DNA of 64,000 nucleotides from Acanthaster planci (Eukaryota), in assembly GCF_001949145.1 (NCBI RefSeq), contig NW_019091355.1, forward strand, positions 4,847,518 through 4,911,517, written 5' to 3'. The position numbers and the translations under genes were made by a program. Every line of letters begins with the position of its first letter. Positions within the stretch are counted from its first letter, which is position 1. The notes under the pieces were generated by a model. That model was not told the origin of the DNA and did no database searches. It saw only the letters and a list, made by a program, of their open reading frames with translations. Positions 50,952 to 63,840 of the stretch are shown piece after piece.

Positions 50952-53900
50952 ATGCCGTCCTACAAATTGGTTTACTTCAACAGCCGCGGCAGGGCAGAGA
51001 CGACCCGGCTGATCTTGGCTCACGTCGGCCAGAAATTCGAGGATGTCCGCTACTCTTACGAGGAGTGGGCCCGGCACAAAGCGGGTGAGATCGAGGTTTG
51101 GAGAATGTCGAATTTCAGAATGACATCCAAGCATGTAGGCCCCAGTCTAAAGTATGGATGACACATCGTTACAGGCGGTCGTGTTTGTCCGAGAAATTTA
51201 GCCATATGGCACTGTGTAAGATCTAGTCAAATCAACCGCCAGGCTTCCACATTGTGGAGAGCCATTCATCAATTTTGGGGAATGAGGCAATCAAACCTTT
51301 TGCAAGCCGGGATGCAAAAACTTACGCTGCACTTATTGTGTTTTGCAGGCTATGAGACTAAATCTGTCCTTTTGATTTCTGAAACGGCCTCGCCAAGCAG
51401 AAAAAAAACACCAACAGTTGACCACACACAGTGAGCTATACGTGTTGAGCCACCGGCCAAACATTGACCGTTTTGCTCAGCAAGTAGCTGTCGTGTGCAG
51501 CTGGCTTGATGTGTTTCTTCTCGCTCGATTCAGATGCTCCGTTCCAGCAACTTCCCTACCTGGAAGTAGACGGTAAACGCTTGCCTCAGAGCCGGGCTAT
51601 TCATGGATTTCTGGCCAGGGAGTTTGGTAAGTATCTGGGGTTCCAGAATTAGATCAAGTGTTCCGTCGGTCCCGACGGATCACCGCTATTCCGGAAGCCA
51701 TATTCTATCTCAGAACCTATGTCGTATCGCTGGTAAGCGCTAGGGCCTCGCTTTTCGAACAGATGTAGGCCTACTGCTTGTACCAACTTTGAAGCTCACC
51801 AAAGATCGAAAATTATAGAGAGAGAGACACTAAAACCTTAACGCTCCTCAGCCCTTAAATTTTATTCGTGCAGGCCGGAGACATTGTGCCTATTATAGCA
51901 GTAATAAATTATCCAATCAAGATTCTGAGGTCCGACACTAATAGACGCATGAAATAACATGAAACCAAATTTTGGGGAATGTAGGCCTACTTTTAGTTCA
52001 AGAATTAAACGTTCGTACATACTGACACAGCTCATCGGCCAGAGATGGACCCGCTGTCACTCTCAAGGCGTTGACGGGGTTTGGATATACATTGTAAGGC
52101 CTTTCTACCAGAAAGACGTACAGGCATGGCAAAGTAAAGACTTCCGGTTTCAAAGGTTGTATGAGTGCTTCCAATGAGCTACCACGACTTGCTTGGATTT
52201 AACCTCGTTTCCACCGTCTCGCCTGTCTGACACAGCACAGCCCCACGTTTGGGTTGCCCCGTGTCGAACGCACATCCTGTTTAGCGTGCAAACATCAACA
52301 CTATGACACCCGAACCAATCAAAGACCTGCTTTTGCGAAACCGTTTATAACTGCGCATCATCAGTGCGTCAATATAGTGTGCATTCCCTGTTTCACAGGC
52401 CGAACAGATGACTACGTCACAAATCGTTGGCAATAAGCATCTAAACCAATCAGAGACCTGCTTTGGGGAAACCGCGCATTCTTATGCATTATCAGTGGGT
52501 CAGTAGTGTGCACTCCACGCAGAGATCAGTTCATTTAAAAGAGACTTTGTTCCTTTCTTTTTGACTCAGGTTTGAATGGCGCCAACAACGAGGAGACGAC
52601 CAAAATAGACATCATCATTGCCACAGTTGAGGATCTCACGGCCCCGGTGGTCAAGATATTTTTTGAAGAGAAGGACGAGGCAAAGAAGGTAAAATAGACA
52701 GATTTTGTTTTCTTTGCTGAATTTATTTGGGGGAACTTGCCATACGCAAAGTCATGGTTCCAAGACAAAATGCTCCGCCTCAGTGATATGTTTTTTTCCC
52801 TAAATGTAAATACTTCTTTAACGCTCTATATTGTGATATTTTGATATGTCAAATACACTTTGGGTTGTCATTAGAGATGGCTTCCTGCAATGAAACATGA
52901 ATATTTTGAGCTTGTCTGTTTTTATCCCCGAAAGAGCGGGGCTTTTCTGCGCATCTCTCCACCCGGGGGGCTAACAAGAACTAGAAACACCTGCTCACCC
53001 ATCATGCATGCATAAAGACGCTCTTTATGAGTATATCGACTCAGGTTCTAGAGCCATTTTTGGAGGGGGGGTTGACCCTTCGCAAGTGACTTTACAATTT
53101 AATTTTTGCAACTGCTCTTTCACACTTTTTTTGGCAATTTTGCACGGGGGGGGGGCCTTAAGCCCACCCCTCCCCGTAGAACTGCGCGTGCATCAATCTA
53201 ATTCGATATATTGATTTTGTTATGATAGTTTACAGTTCATCATGGCCTCACGAGGAAGTCCGCCTGCATGCATTGAGCACGACACTGGAAAAAGTTGACG
53301 CCTCTTGGCACAGAAATTAGCTTTTCAAAAGAACAGTATTTACGATTGTTATAAAAATGGCGTAAAAGCATTTACAAGCCAACATTCAGGAAAGCATCAG
53401 AACGCTCGGCGAGGGGGAAAGGCGTCGCGACGATCTATATATGTCGAGGAGGGCAGGATTCCGCCCCGGCTCTTTCAGAGTTAATGTTGGATAACTCAGG
53501 GCAATGTTTTTCTACTTAAATTGCAGAAAGCGCTTTTTGCGACCTACCTTGAGGAGACAGCTCCCAGATTCCTCTCCCCTCTCGAAGAAATGTTGAAAAA
53601 GAACAATGGCGGTGATGGTTACTTTGTTGGTTCTAAGGTGAAGAGAAAAAGTATTGGCCCCTTCCCCAAAAGATGAAACGAATACTCTATAAAGTTGCAT
53701 TACAATTATTGTGAAATTATTTTTCAAAATCATGCGTGTGGGGAACACCGAATATGAAAAATTAAGTAAAGCTGTACAATAATTCGCATAAATTTTTCAT
53801 CAAAGTCATAATTAAATGTCAAGGTTTTCTTAGTTTTCTAAAATTATAGATAAGGTAACTAAAGTAGCCCTCAACGGGAGTCATCAAATTATTCACGCAA

Positions 53901-54258
53901 TGCACGAGCGCATAGAGAGAAAATGTAAACAACTGCTTAATCAAATCAGTCTTTCAGTTTGAAATTAGGTCAAGTTAAGATATTTGTATCCGATACAAAC
54001 AGAGTGTTTTTCAGGCTTACATTTCGCCTTAATGGGTTTATTTCCCCGACGGCTTCTCTCAGGGTGAATTTTGACGCATGCGTGTTTTATTTGCAGCTGT
54101 CCCGGGCCGACATTGTCTTCTTTTCCAGCGTCGAATTCTTCAAAGAGGAGTACGGCGTCTTCAAGAAATACCCTAAGCTGACTGCCCTGAAGGGCCGCGT
54201 GGCAAAAGACCCAAAGATCGCCGCTTACCTGGCCAAGCGCCCAAAGACGGAGTTTTGA
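50952..54258 (+). CDS. Sigma-class GST copy E, 205 aa, 5 exons
   Basis: Exons 50952-51084, 51534-51626, 52570-52688, 53527-53637 and 54097-54258, GT-AG with an open frame. AATAAA at 54394-54399. Confidence 0.95.
52313..52516. repeat. Diverged tandem duplication (about 130-bp period) in GST-E intron 2
   Basis: AACCAATCA(A/G)AGACCTGCTTT..GAAACCG..ATCAGTG.GTCA..TAGTGTGCA.TCC occurs twice. Confidence 0.7.
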
Positions 54259-57010
54259 ATCTTCGACTTAAAAACAGCAGAGTGAGCAGACGATTCATAA
54301 GATAGAAATATAATACTATCATAGCAAAGATTAGCAGAAAAATCAAGCGCGTTGAATTTTGTCATCGGATGCTAATGTACGTTGTGCTGCGCCAATAAAC
54401 CTTGTTTACGAGGTCAGTTTTGTTTATCTTAGTTCCATGAATCTGTCATATTCAGTGTAATCTGTTCCATGAGGGGATACCAGACTATTTAGGGTTTCAA
54501 ACTTCACTATCATTTTTGTTAAATGTAGCTTAAAACATTGAGATATATTTCTCACAAATTTCAAATTATTCTAAACAAAACCCAGCATGAATTTGAACGA
54601 ACTTTTCTTTCGTTGCTGTAATTGTTATACTCTCAAGTTCCCGAAATAAATGCTTTGACCTCACTTTCAATTTAAGATGGCCGATATATGAACACAGTCT
54701 GTTGGTAAAACTTTGAACAAAAACTTGTCTCTGCCATTTGTGTTTCTTTTGTGTATATCATTTCAAGCTGTTTATTACGCTTACAAAGGGAAGTTTGGTG
54801 AGTGAGGATTCTTTTCTGCTTAAAGCCGTAGTTAACACACAAGTGTGTATTTGCCTGCGACTGAGGACCCCCTATTGTTCCTTTTGTTTGTACTTCAACT
54901 TTTTTAGGAGACCACTCATACGTTTTGTACACAGTTGTCTATCGGGGACCTCATTGTCTTCTATTGTTCAGGGTCCCCAATTGAATGCAGAAACAAACTC
55001 ACTGATTCTTGAGTAAATGACGGGGGAAATATTTGTTAGATGCCTTGGGATGCTTCTGATAGTTTGGTGCAAAGGTCATGAACCTTCACGACAATTTTCA
55101 AACTTGTCTGGCATTTGGTTGAATCTGGCGTTGTTTTCGTACTCGTGAAACTAATTCTGAAAAGCCTTTGTACTTGTTTCGTAGAGCTATTCTTGTTGTT
55201 AAACCGTCCAGCATTGGGGCTTATTTCACCTGATGTCATCAAGAATTTTTATTGGGCATAGATCCGCGTATTGGTGGTAATTATTCGGGAATGTATTTAC
55301 CTGTAACTTTGGTTTGTATCTGTAATAAATAACATCACTCTAAACATGTTTCCCGCTGTCCAAAATCCTTGCTACCACTTTGTTAACAGGCATGTTCACA
55401 TTGTTCAGAGGTTAAAAGATAAATAGTTTTCACTGCTCACCAGTGTTCAACTGCTGAACATGTTTAGCATTTGCACATTTACACAGAATTTATAGAAGTG
55501 TTGAATGTAAAGACACAATTTTTGCAGTGAACGCAGAGGATACCGAGGCAGGTACATGCAGGGGACTGATTGTTATCTACCACCATAAACTAGGCCTTAG
55601 GGTTTGGCCTTGCAAGTTATTCTTTTCGAGTTGAATGACCACTTACTTTGTTCCTGAACAAAATTAAATGCAACAGAAAACTTTTTCCTGACAACCATGA
55701 CGAATGAAAATTATTACCGTTACTATGTGGCCACGTTGTCTTTCGTTTTGGGCTCTTGCAGTTGATATACGTAGTTCCATTGGTGAGATTGTAGATCTAT
55801 CGAGCTCAGCATCCTGTAATTTGGGTTGCTAAAAGTTACGGCTTGACTTAAGACTAATGTAGGATGTTAGAAAAATTTTAAAAATAACCATGGAAATTTT
55901 GCACGTACATGTTTTGTTCGAACCTCGAACTAGCTATGGCTGGCTACAGGCACAATGCTGCATCAATTGACCCAGCCAGCCAGCTCCGAGCAGAAACAAC
56001 AGAGGGCGCATTTTACATTTTTGCAAAGACGGTCCTTCGGAACCATGGCAACGAGGTTGGGTCCTTTGGTAGGAATCATAGAGCCATGTATAGCTCTACT
56101 GTAGGAACCCACCACTTGAGGTTGATGAAGGACTCGCCGGGGATACGCGTTTGATTCCTTCTGTGCGCTTGTTTTTTTCTCCTCCAGGTCTACGGTACGG
56201 GTCTTCACAAGCCCGACTGGGAATTTCCCGCCGGCCCGTCTCTTCTTTCCAGGGTGGCGGACTCGCATAGAACATTTCAGGTCCATTTGCCACAGGTCGT
56301 CAAGGTTTGGCAGCAGTAAGACTATTATGCTTAATTATCCCCACCCCTCCCCCACTGATCCGCGCCTGGATAGAAACTTGGCGTTAACTCACATATAGCA
56401 GTCGATCAACGGGTGTCAGTGTTTTCAAAGATGCACATGTATGTGCACAAAAGGGGTTAAAGTGCAGAAATCCAGGTTCAGTGAGGAAATGCAACATCAA
56501 TAGTAGATTTTGTATTTACAATTTATTTCAGTGCATCTATTAAACACCCAATTTCGCTGTAAGCCGCTAAAGCCAGAGTATGGCCCCATTTAGTATATCG
56601 TTTAGTTCCCTTTTCGTCACTAATGATATTCAAACGAATGTGACACGACCGGGACTGTCACGTACACACGCGGCTAGAAACGCTTCTTCATTTGCGAGGC
56701 CACTTCTGAATCCCCATTGCAACCTTTCAATGCCCGCGCCCCAAATCATCGTGTGTACTCTTCACTTATTAAGAGCGCGTGCATGTATGCTCGTTGTGCA
56801 CACTGAAAGACCATAGATCAGGATTTGACCTTGCCCATAATAGGAGCGCTGAATCGAATAATCAAGTGGTGCGCCGCTATTGAGAGTACTATCGTGCTCA
56901 CAGTCGCTTCAATTTCTGCACGGGCTTCATACGCGACGAAGTCACCGTTGTTGCTGCTCAATACAGTTCTGTGTGTAACTCGCACGATTCCTATTCTCCA
57001 TACGCTCAAG

Positions 57011-60000
57011 ATGCCTTCTTACAAGGTGGTGTACTTCCAGGGCCGTGGCTATGCCGAACCCACCCGCATGTTGCTAGCCCTTGCCGGCCAGGAGTTTGAG
57101 GACGTTCGCTACTCGCGTGAGGAATGGTCCCAGCACAAAGCCGGTAAGTTTGAACATGTTGGTCCACATCCCCCAATTAAAAAAGATGAGGTTTTTTATT
57201 AATTTTTTTCTTCAATAAAAGTGAAGATATTAAGTGTCTTAAATGGAAATAGATTTGAACGAACGGAGCCATTTTTCAGAAGCTTGTTAATTGTGACTGG
57301 TGCTATCAATTGATGCTAAAGTTCACTGGGGACGCTGCTCACTTGTTTTGCCCCCCCCCAAACAAAACAAAACAAAACAAAAACAAAAAAGAGTCAGGAT
57401 CCGGCCTTTTTGGCATGCATATCACTTAGGTGGGTATCGTCAAGCCCTTCATCCCTTCAATAAGAGTGCCGTCGTCTCCACAAAGTAAATGGGAAAGATT
57501 TCTTTTTGTACTGAACCGCCCAAACCCGAGACTAAGGCCAGAAATGACCCCGGAACACGGCAGCCATTAGTTTTATTACGATGGCCCCGATGGGACACAA
57601 CGGACAAATTTCTTTCATGCTGCCAATGTCGAAATTTCCACTTCTACAACTTCAACCGTCTGTTACTTTAAGTATTACAATTTTTATTATTTGATCATAT
57701 TGTAATCTATTTTCCATTTCGAATATATATTGATATGGTAGAATACGATAGGATAAGATACGATATATTGGGTGACGACGCTGTTCATGGTGCAGGTTGT
57801 GAAAATTTGTTAGCTTCGCGCGATCGTTTTAAATCCGTTTTTATCGAATTTCTCGTCTTGCCATCCACATTTCTACTTAAGTACATGTATTTTGTCTTTT
57901 AACACCCTTGAGTCTCATTACCTGAGCAATACTGCTCTTTAACAGCGTACTGCTCCTTACCAGTGTTTAGTGTTCATCATGGAATTACGGTCCTGTGTCT
58001 TCAACTTTATGCACGCCAGCCATCTTGTGTCTTCAACGAATTATCACCGACCTTCACTTGTGACGGTGTGAGTGTATTTTAGGACTCTGTGACATTCTTA
58101 TTTTGGGTCTTGTGAATTTGTGATTCTCCTTGAATGTTGGATTTCTGAGTGTTTCGTGCTGCAAAATGACCACTGGTTCCTGTTGGGCATTCCTACCTTT
58201 CATCTTTTTTGTGAGATCCACTAGGGTTTTCTCCATAGGTGTCATGGGTACAGAGATCCTTTCCATCACCCCCGGAATTCATGCTCGACCAATGGGCTGG
58301 ACTGTCGATAGGCAATAGTTTTTTCACTAGAATACACCCAGTGAGTTCGTTCTATTGCTCCTTCTCATTAAAAAGGCATAGGCACAGGCAATCGGCTCAT
58401 ACTCCATAATAAATTAAATATGCACGCATGCCTTCTCGCATTTATATCTGGAGACTTTGAAGTGAATCCTGGCCCACCACGCTTAAAATATCCTTGCAAA
58501 ATTTGTCGTAAGGCTGCGAAGTGGGGCCAGAAAGCTATTGAGAGTGGACAATGTTTCTGAATGGTTTCATGCATCTTGCCTTCACATGTCTGATGAAATA
58601 CACAAAATCCTTGTAGACCACCCATCCGACACCTGGACCTGCTGCAGTTGCGGTATACCGAACTTCTCTTCTACATTCTTGGAAAGCTTCAAGGGTTTTA
58701 ATATATCTTATAGCTTTGGCTTTCTTAGTAACCACAGTAGCGACATGTTAAACGAGTCCATTCCAGATCTTCCCTCGGTGTGCCAGTTTATTCATCGAGC
58801 CCTAAAAGAGCACCACGCCCAACCAAGTCCTAATAATCAAGACAAAAGTTTTGCAAAACACAAGTCCACCACTAAACAGCAACTATTTAATCTGAATATC
58901 AGTGACAGCGTCCTTGCCAAGCACCCAAACTTTGAAGCTCTTCTCGCAACTGAAAATCCTGACATTGTGGTGGTCACAGAATCCTAGTCGAAGAGTCCCA
59001 TTGCCTCCAGTGAAGTCTCCCCCCCCCCCACTACAGTGTTTTCCGACGCGACCGCGAAAACAACTGGGGAGGAAGGTTTTCATTGCTATGAAAAACACAT
59101 TCATAGCTTCAGTTGGAACAAATATTCAAGCCAACTGTAAATTGATAAGGATAAGTATTCCCGTGAAGGGTTTATCACCAGTGTATATAGGTGCCCTTTA
59201 TAGGCCGTAGTCTTCAGATTGTAAAATAGTCAAGGAACATGGCGCAGGCCTATCTCTTTCCCGTATTCCACCCAACGCTTCAACGTGGCTCCTGGGCGAC
59301 TTTAATTTGCCAGACACTGACTGGGATGCAGTTGCTTTTCGACATTGCTGCCAGTTTTCATCCATAAGCAAGTTAATGATTGACTTATATAATGATCAAA
59401 GCCTCCGTCCTTGACTTATGTCTCCCCGGTAATCCATCATCGGTAGACTGTGTGCATGCTCAGAGTGGAATCAGTGATCACGACGTGGTTATTGTTGGAG
59501 TGAAAATCAATCGGTAGATCCCAGGCCACCCAAACGTAAAGTGTTCTTGTATGACAAGGCAAATTTTGACGGTGTGAATTAATGAAGATATGACAAACTT
59601 CAATAAAGATCTAACAGATAATTTTTAAACTCTCACAGTATTGATGAGCTATATGTCTCATTCAAGGAATCCCTGGCGAGCTCTATTGATAAATAGGTTC
59701 CATTTGAAATGCGCTCCATCCGTTTCTCCTACCCTTGGATTAATAGCTCTATTAAGTGGGACATTTACATTAAAAAGCATCTCTGCAACCAAGTAAACAA
59801 GTATGGCTACTGCCTCCCGTTGGTCAAGATTCAAAACATTCCGCAGACAAGTTGACAGAAAGATTAGGAGAGCCCATCAGTCTTACATTAAAGACGTCAC
59901 TGGATCTAGTTTTAAATCAGACAACACTAAACAATTTTTAGACTTTAGTCAGGAGGTATCTGGTGTTTCGCCACTTCGCACTGCGACTCATGTAATGTCA

Positions 60001-63000
60001 CACGCAAGAGACAAAGCTGATGTACTAAATCGCCGTTTTGGCTCAGTCTTTACAAGTGAAGATAAGGCTGGAATCCCTTGCCTGGGAGAAAGCAGTCTTC
60101 CGAACATCTTCCGACCTCGTCTTTGCCGCTGAAGGTATCCCAAAACTACTGGCTGATCTAAAACCCCACAAATCACCAGGTCCCGGTGGTATAACACCTG
60201 TTGTGCTCCAAGCCTGTGCAACAAGCATCGCCCCAATTCTCCAGAAACTTTTCCATAAATCCATTCGGACAGGAACTTTGCCTTCTGAACTGATTGGTTG
60301 CAAACATCACGCCTCTTCATAAAAAAGATCGATCGGTCCGACCCTGCAAATTACCGCCCCGTGTCTTTAACATCAATTATCTGCAACCCCCCGGAACATA
60401 TAATTCACGGTAATATCATGGAACACTTTGAGCATTATGGAATCCTAGCTGACGAACAACATGGTTTTAGGAAGGGCAAGTTGTGTCAGACAGAGTTGTC
60501 AGCTTTGTTGAATGACCTGCAACTGATCTTGGAGAATCGCAGCCGAGCAGACCTCATCATGGATTTTAGCAAGGGTTCTGATACTCTTCCTCATCACCGA
60601 CTTCTAGTAAAACTTAGACATTTAGGAATCAGGAACAACATACGCAGGTGGATCAATTGCTTTCCTCAGCAAAAGACACCAGAAAGTGGTTGTGGATGGC
60701 CAGTCTGCAAACCTTCGCCAGTTCTATCAGGTGTCCCGCAAGGCATAAGTGCTAGGGCCATTATTATTGTGAGTAATATCATCACGTGTCAGGCTGTTCG
60801 CAGACGATTGCATTTTGTATCGCTAAAGTAAGCCCCCAGAAGACTCCGCCATCCTGCGGACAGACATTGACTGTCTATGTACCTGGCAATCCATTTGGTA
60901 GATGGGGTTTAATCGTTCCAAATGCTTCTCCATGAGGGTGACTCATAAAAAGAAACTAACAGCACCGTTAAACACGCTTAATGAAGTCAAACATCACTCA
61001 TACTCAAATATTAGGAGCCGAACTCACCTCTGATATGACTTAGAGTACACATATAAATAAAATCGCCGCCAAAGCTTAGAAGACCCTTATAGTCTCTTGA
61101 AAAGATCTCTCCATGGCTGTAACACCCCAAGGCAGTAGTTTATTTGTACGACCACTGCTTAAGTGCTGTCATGCGGTATGGGATCCTCACCAACAAAACA
61201 CACCTTCCAGTGTTTACTCCAAACGTTTATCTAGACAGACCAACAGTACTTTAAATCTTCAACGAATCCAGGCCAACAAAAGCTAGAAACCACCTTCCCT
61301 CACTGTATCCATGGGCAATTCCGGAATGCAATCTCCTCCCCGACTTTGTAAAAAAAAAAAACCCACATTGAATTCCTTCAGAACTCATTTAGACAAGATT
61401 AATATTAGCGAACTCTCTATCAAATCGCATTTCAAAATGTAATACCAACTGGCACCATGACAGCGTTCCCTGCATGTGATAGCGCTATACCATAGACATT
61501 GACTGTCTATGTACCTGGCAATCCATTTGGTAGATGGGGTTTAATCGTTCCAAATGCTTCTCCATGAGGGTGACTCATAAAAAGAAACTAACAGCACCGT
61601 TAAACACGCTTAATGAAGTCAAACATCACTCATACTCAAATATTAGGAGTCGAACTCACCTCTGATATGACTTAGAGTACACATATAAATAAAATCGCCG
61701 CCAAAGCTAAGAAGACCCTTATAGTCTCTTGAAAAGATCTCTCCATGGCTGTAACACCCCAAGGCAGTAGTTTATTTGTACGACCACTGCTTAAGTGCTG
61801 TCATGCGGTATGGGATCCTCACCAACAAAACACAGTAAGTGAACTTGAAAAGATCCAGAGAGAAGCAGCCAGTTTCGTCTTAAAGGATTATAGCGGCTCA
61901 TCAAGTGTTTCTGCAAGGGTCAGTTAGTTAGGTTGAGAATCTCTAGAGGACAGACGTACCAGAGCTCGACTATGCACATTTATAAGGAGATTTATGGTAT
62001 AAGCCTTGGGTTTTTTTCTCACCTGCAAAACCATCCTTCCAGTGTTTACTCCAAACGTTTATCTAGACAGACCAACAGTACTTTAAATCTTCAACGAATC
62101 CAGGCCAACAAAAGCTAGAAACCACCTTCCCTCACTGTATCCATGGGCAATTCCGGAATGCAATCTCCTCCCCGACTTTGTAAAAAAAAACCAACCCACA
62201 TTGAATTCCTTCAGAACTCATTTAGACAATATTAATATTAGCGAACTCTCTATCAAATTGCATTTCAAAATGTAATACCAACTGGCACCATGACAGCGTT
62301 CCCTGCATGTGATAGCGCTATACCATTGGCGTTTGTGTAGCTGACAAATACAGATACGATACGACACGATACGATGCGAGAGGATACGATATTATGTTTT
62401 ATTGTCTCTTTCAGGAATTCTCTTTGATTTAGCATATCAAAATTTTAATCAATTTGTTAAAATATTACATTTCGCAATAACACAAAAAAATGTTCATGAA
62501 TTGAAATGTAAAATAAAAATTTAAATATAGATGAGATGATTAAAAGACCCCAGGGGTGTGACTTTAACTGGGGGTAGCGTAACCCAAATGCAAATTTTAA
62601 TGGAAGCTACAACCAAATGTTGCTGTTACTTGATGCTGACCACTGTGACATGAAGGCGTAAAACGAACTATAGCGCGCATCTGGAACCAGGTTGTATTGA
62701 ACAATATCCGTTTTGGGAGCCTCAAATCACACTTGACGTCATTTTTCTCTTCGGCAGAGGCTCCTATGCAGCAGTTGCCTTACTTGGAAGTCGACGGGAA
62801 GATTATCCCTCAGAGCCGTGCCATGCACGGCTTCGTGGCCAGGGAGTTCGGTAAGTTGCAGAATTGGTCGTTTATTTAAATAGACTGGCAATGAGGTTAC
62901 CAGGTACAGTTTCGTAGTTAACAGTGTTCACTATTTTCATAACATGAAGGAGCTGTAACCAGTCAAAATATTCCGGAGCACTAGTGCCTGACCGGGCACC

Positions 63001-63840
63001 AGTCTCCTGAATTCACGCACGCGAGATGTCTTTGTGCGTGTCCAATAAAGTCTGTGAAATAACTATTAGTGAACCACACGTGACAGTGTTTCAACCAACC
63101 AGGGTCGCGTTCAGTAGTGCAATACTTACGCATTCGTATGCAGGCATCGATGACAAAGGCCAGGGCATACCAATACCAGCAGATGCAGTAATGTGAATGC
63201 GCCCCTTATAACCAGCAAGAGGTGTGTCGTAAACTTTATCTTCAAGGATTATGCCTGTTTTCCAGGTACACTGATTTTACTTTTTGTTAATTTGCATAGA
63301 ATTAATATCAATGTATTCCATCATTTTGAGGACTCCATGCCGGCTTTATTCGCTCCTCAAACATGCCAGTCATGGATAGACTATGAGTGATTTCCATTTA
63401 GCCTTTAATCGTGACATATGCACGTCCCTGTATTATGCGTGATGAGAATTTCTCTGCCCAATCGGTGGAGAAATTAAGAAAAAGATAAGCCTCCTCCTGG
63501 AGATAATAAAGTCTTGTGGCTTTGCCTCTTGCACTTGTCTTTTTTCGTGCCACCACTGTACCAGTACTGGTATCATGGATGCCAAGTGCACCTTGACTGG
63601 AGGCTAGTTTCAATCAAAGTTTCACGGTAAAGGACCACAAAGGGAAACTGTCCTTGAAAAAATCGCATGTTATTTGTGTTTCCAAATACAGTCATACAAT
63701 GTGTTTTTGTCTTTTTTCGTGCAGGCTTTAATGGTGCCAACAACGAGGAGACGACTAAAATTGACGTCATCAATGCTATTCTTGAAGACATTCGAATTCC
63801 ACTCAGCAAAATCTTTTATGAACAGGACGAAGAAAAGAAG
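57011..63840 (+). CDS. Sigma-class GST copy F, partial (exons 1-3; continues beyond the window)
   Basis: Exons 57011-57143, 62758-62850 and 63725-63840, GT-AG and in phase. Intron 1 is expanded to 5.6 kb by a LINE insertion. Confidence 0.9.
57766..62357 (+). mobile_element. Decayed near full-length APE-type non-LTR retrotransposon (2A-PHD-APE-RT; RTEX/CR1-group-like)
   Basis: SGDFEVNPGP (58447-58476); PHD CKIC..C..WFHASC..WTCCSC (58495-58650); APE motifs PDIVVVTES, LGDFNLPDTDW and ISDHDVV; RT motifs KSPGPGGI, NYRPVSLTSI, QHGFRKG, DFSKG.D and SGVPQG; C-terminal VRPLL....VWDPH and LEKIQREAASFV. Many stops and frameshifts. Tail ACAAATACAGATAC. Clade assignment is tentative. Confidence 0.92.
60862..62326 (+). 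repeat. Tandem duplication of the LINE 3' region (60862-61493 and 61494-62326)
   Basis: Near-identical copies. Copy 1 lacks the 200 bp present at 61835-62034. Confidence 0.95.

Noticed and set aside
56825..57010. N-terminal extension of GST-F suggested by the ORF track (similar cases at 35027 and 50940)
   Set aside because: These depend on TTG or weak upstream starts. All paralogues align from MPSYK, so the extensions are most likely promoter or 5'UTR read-through.
24579..63840. S-crystallin identity for the GST genes
   Set aside because: The proteins are 202-205 aa, lack the long helix 4-5 insertion of typical cephalopod S-crystallins, and retain Tyr8.
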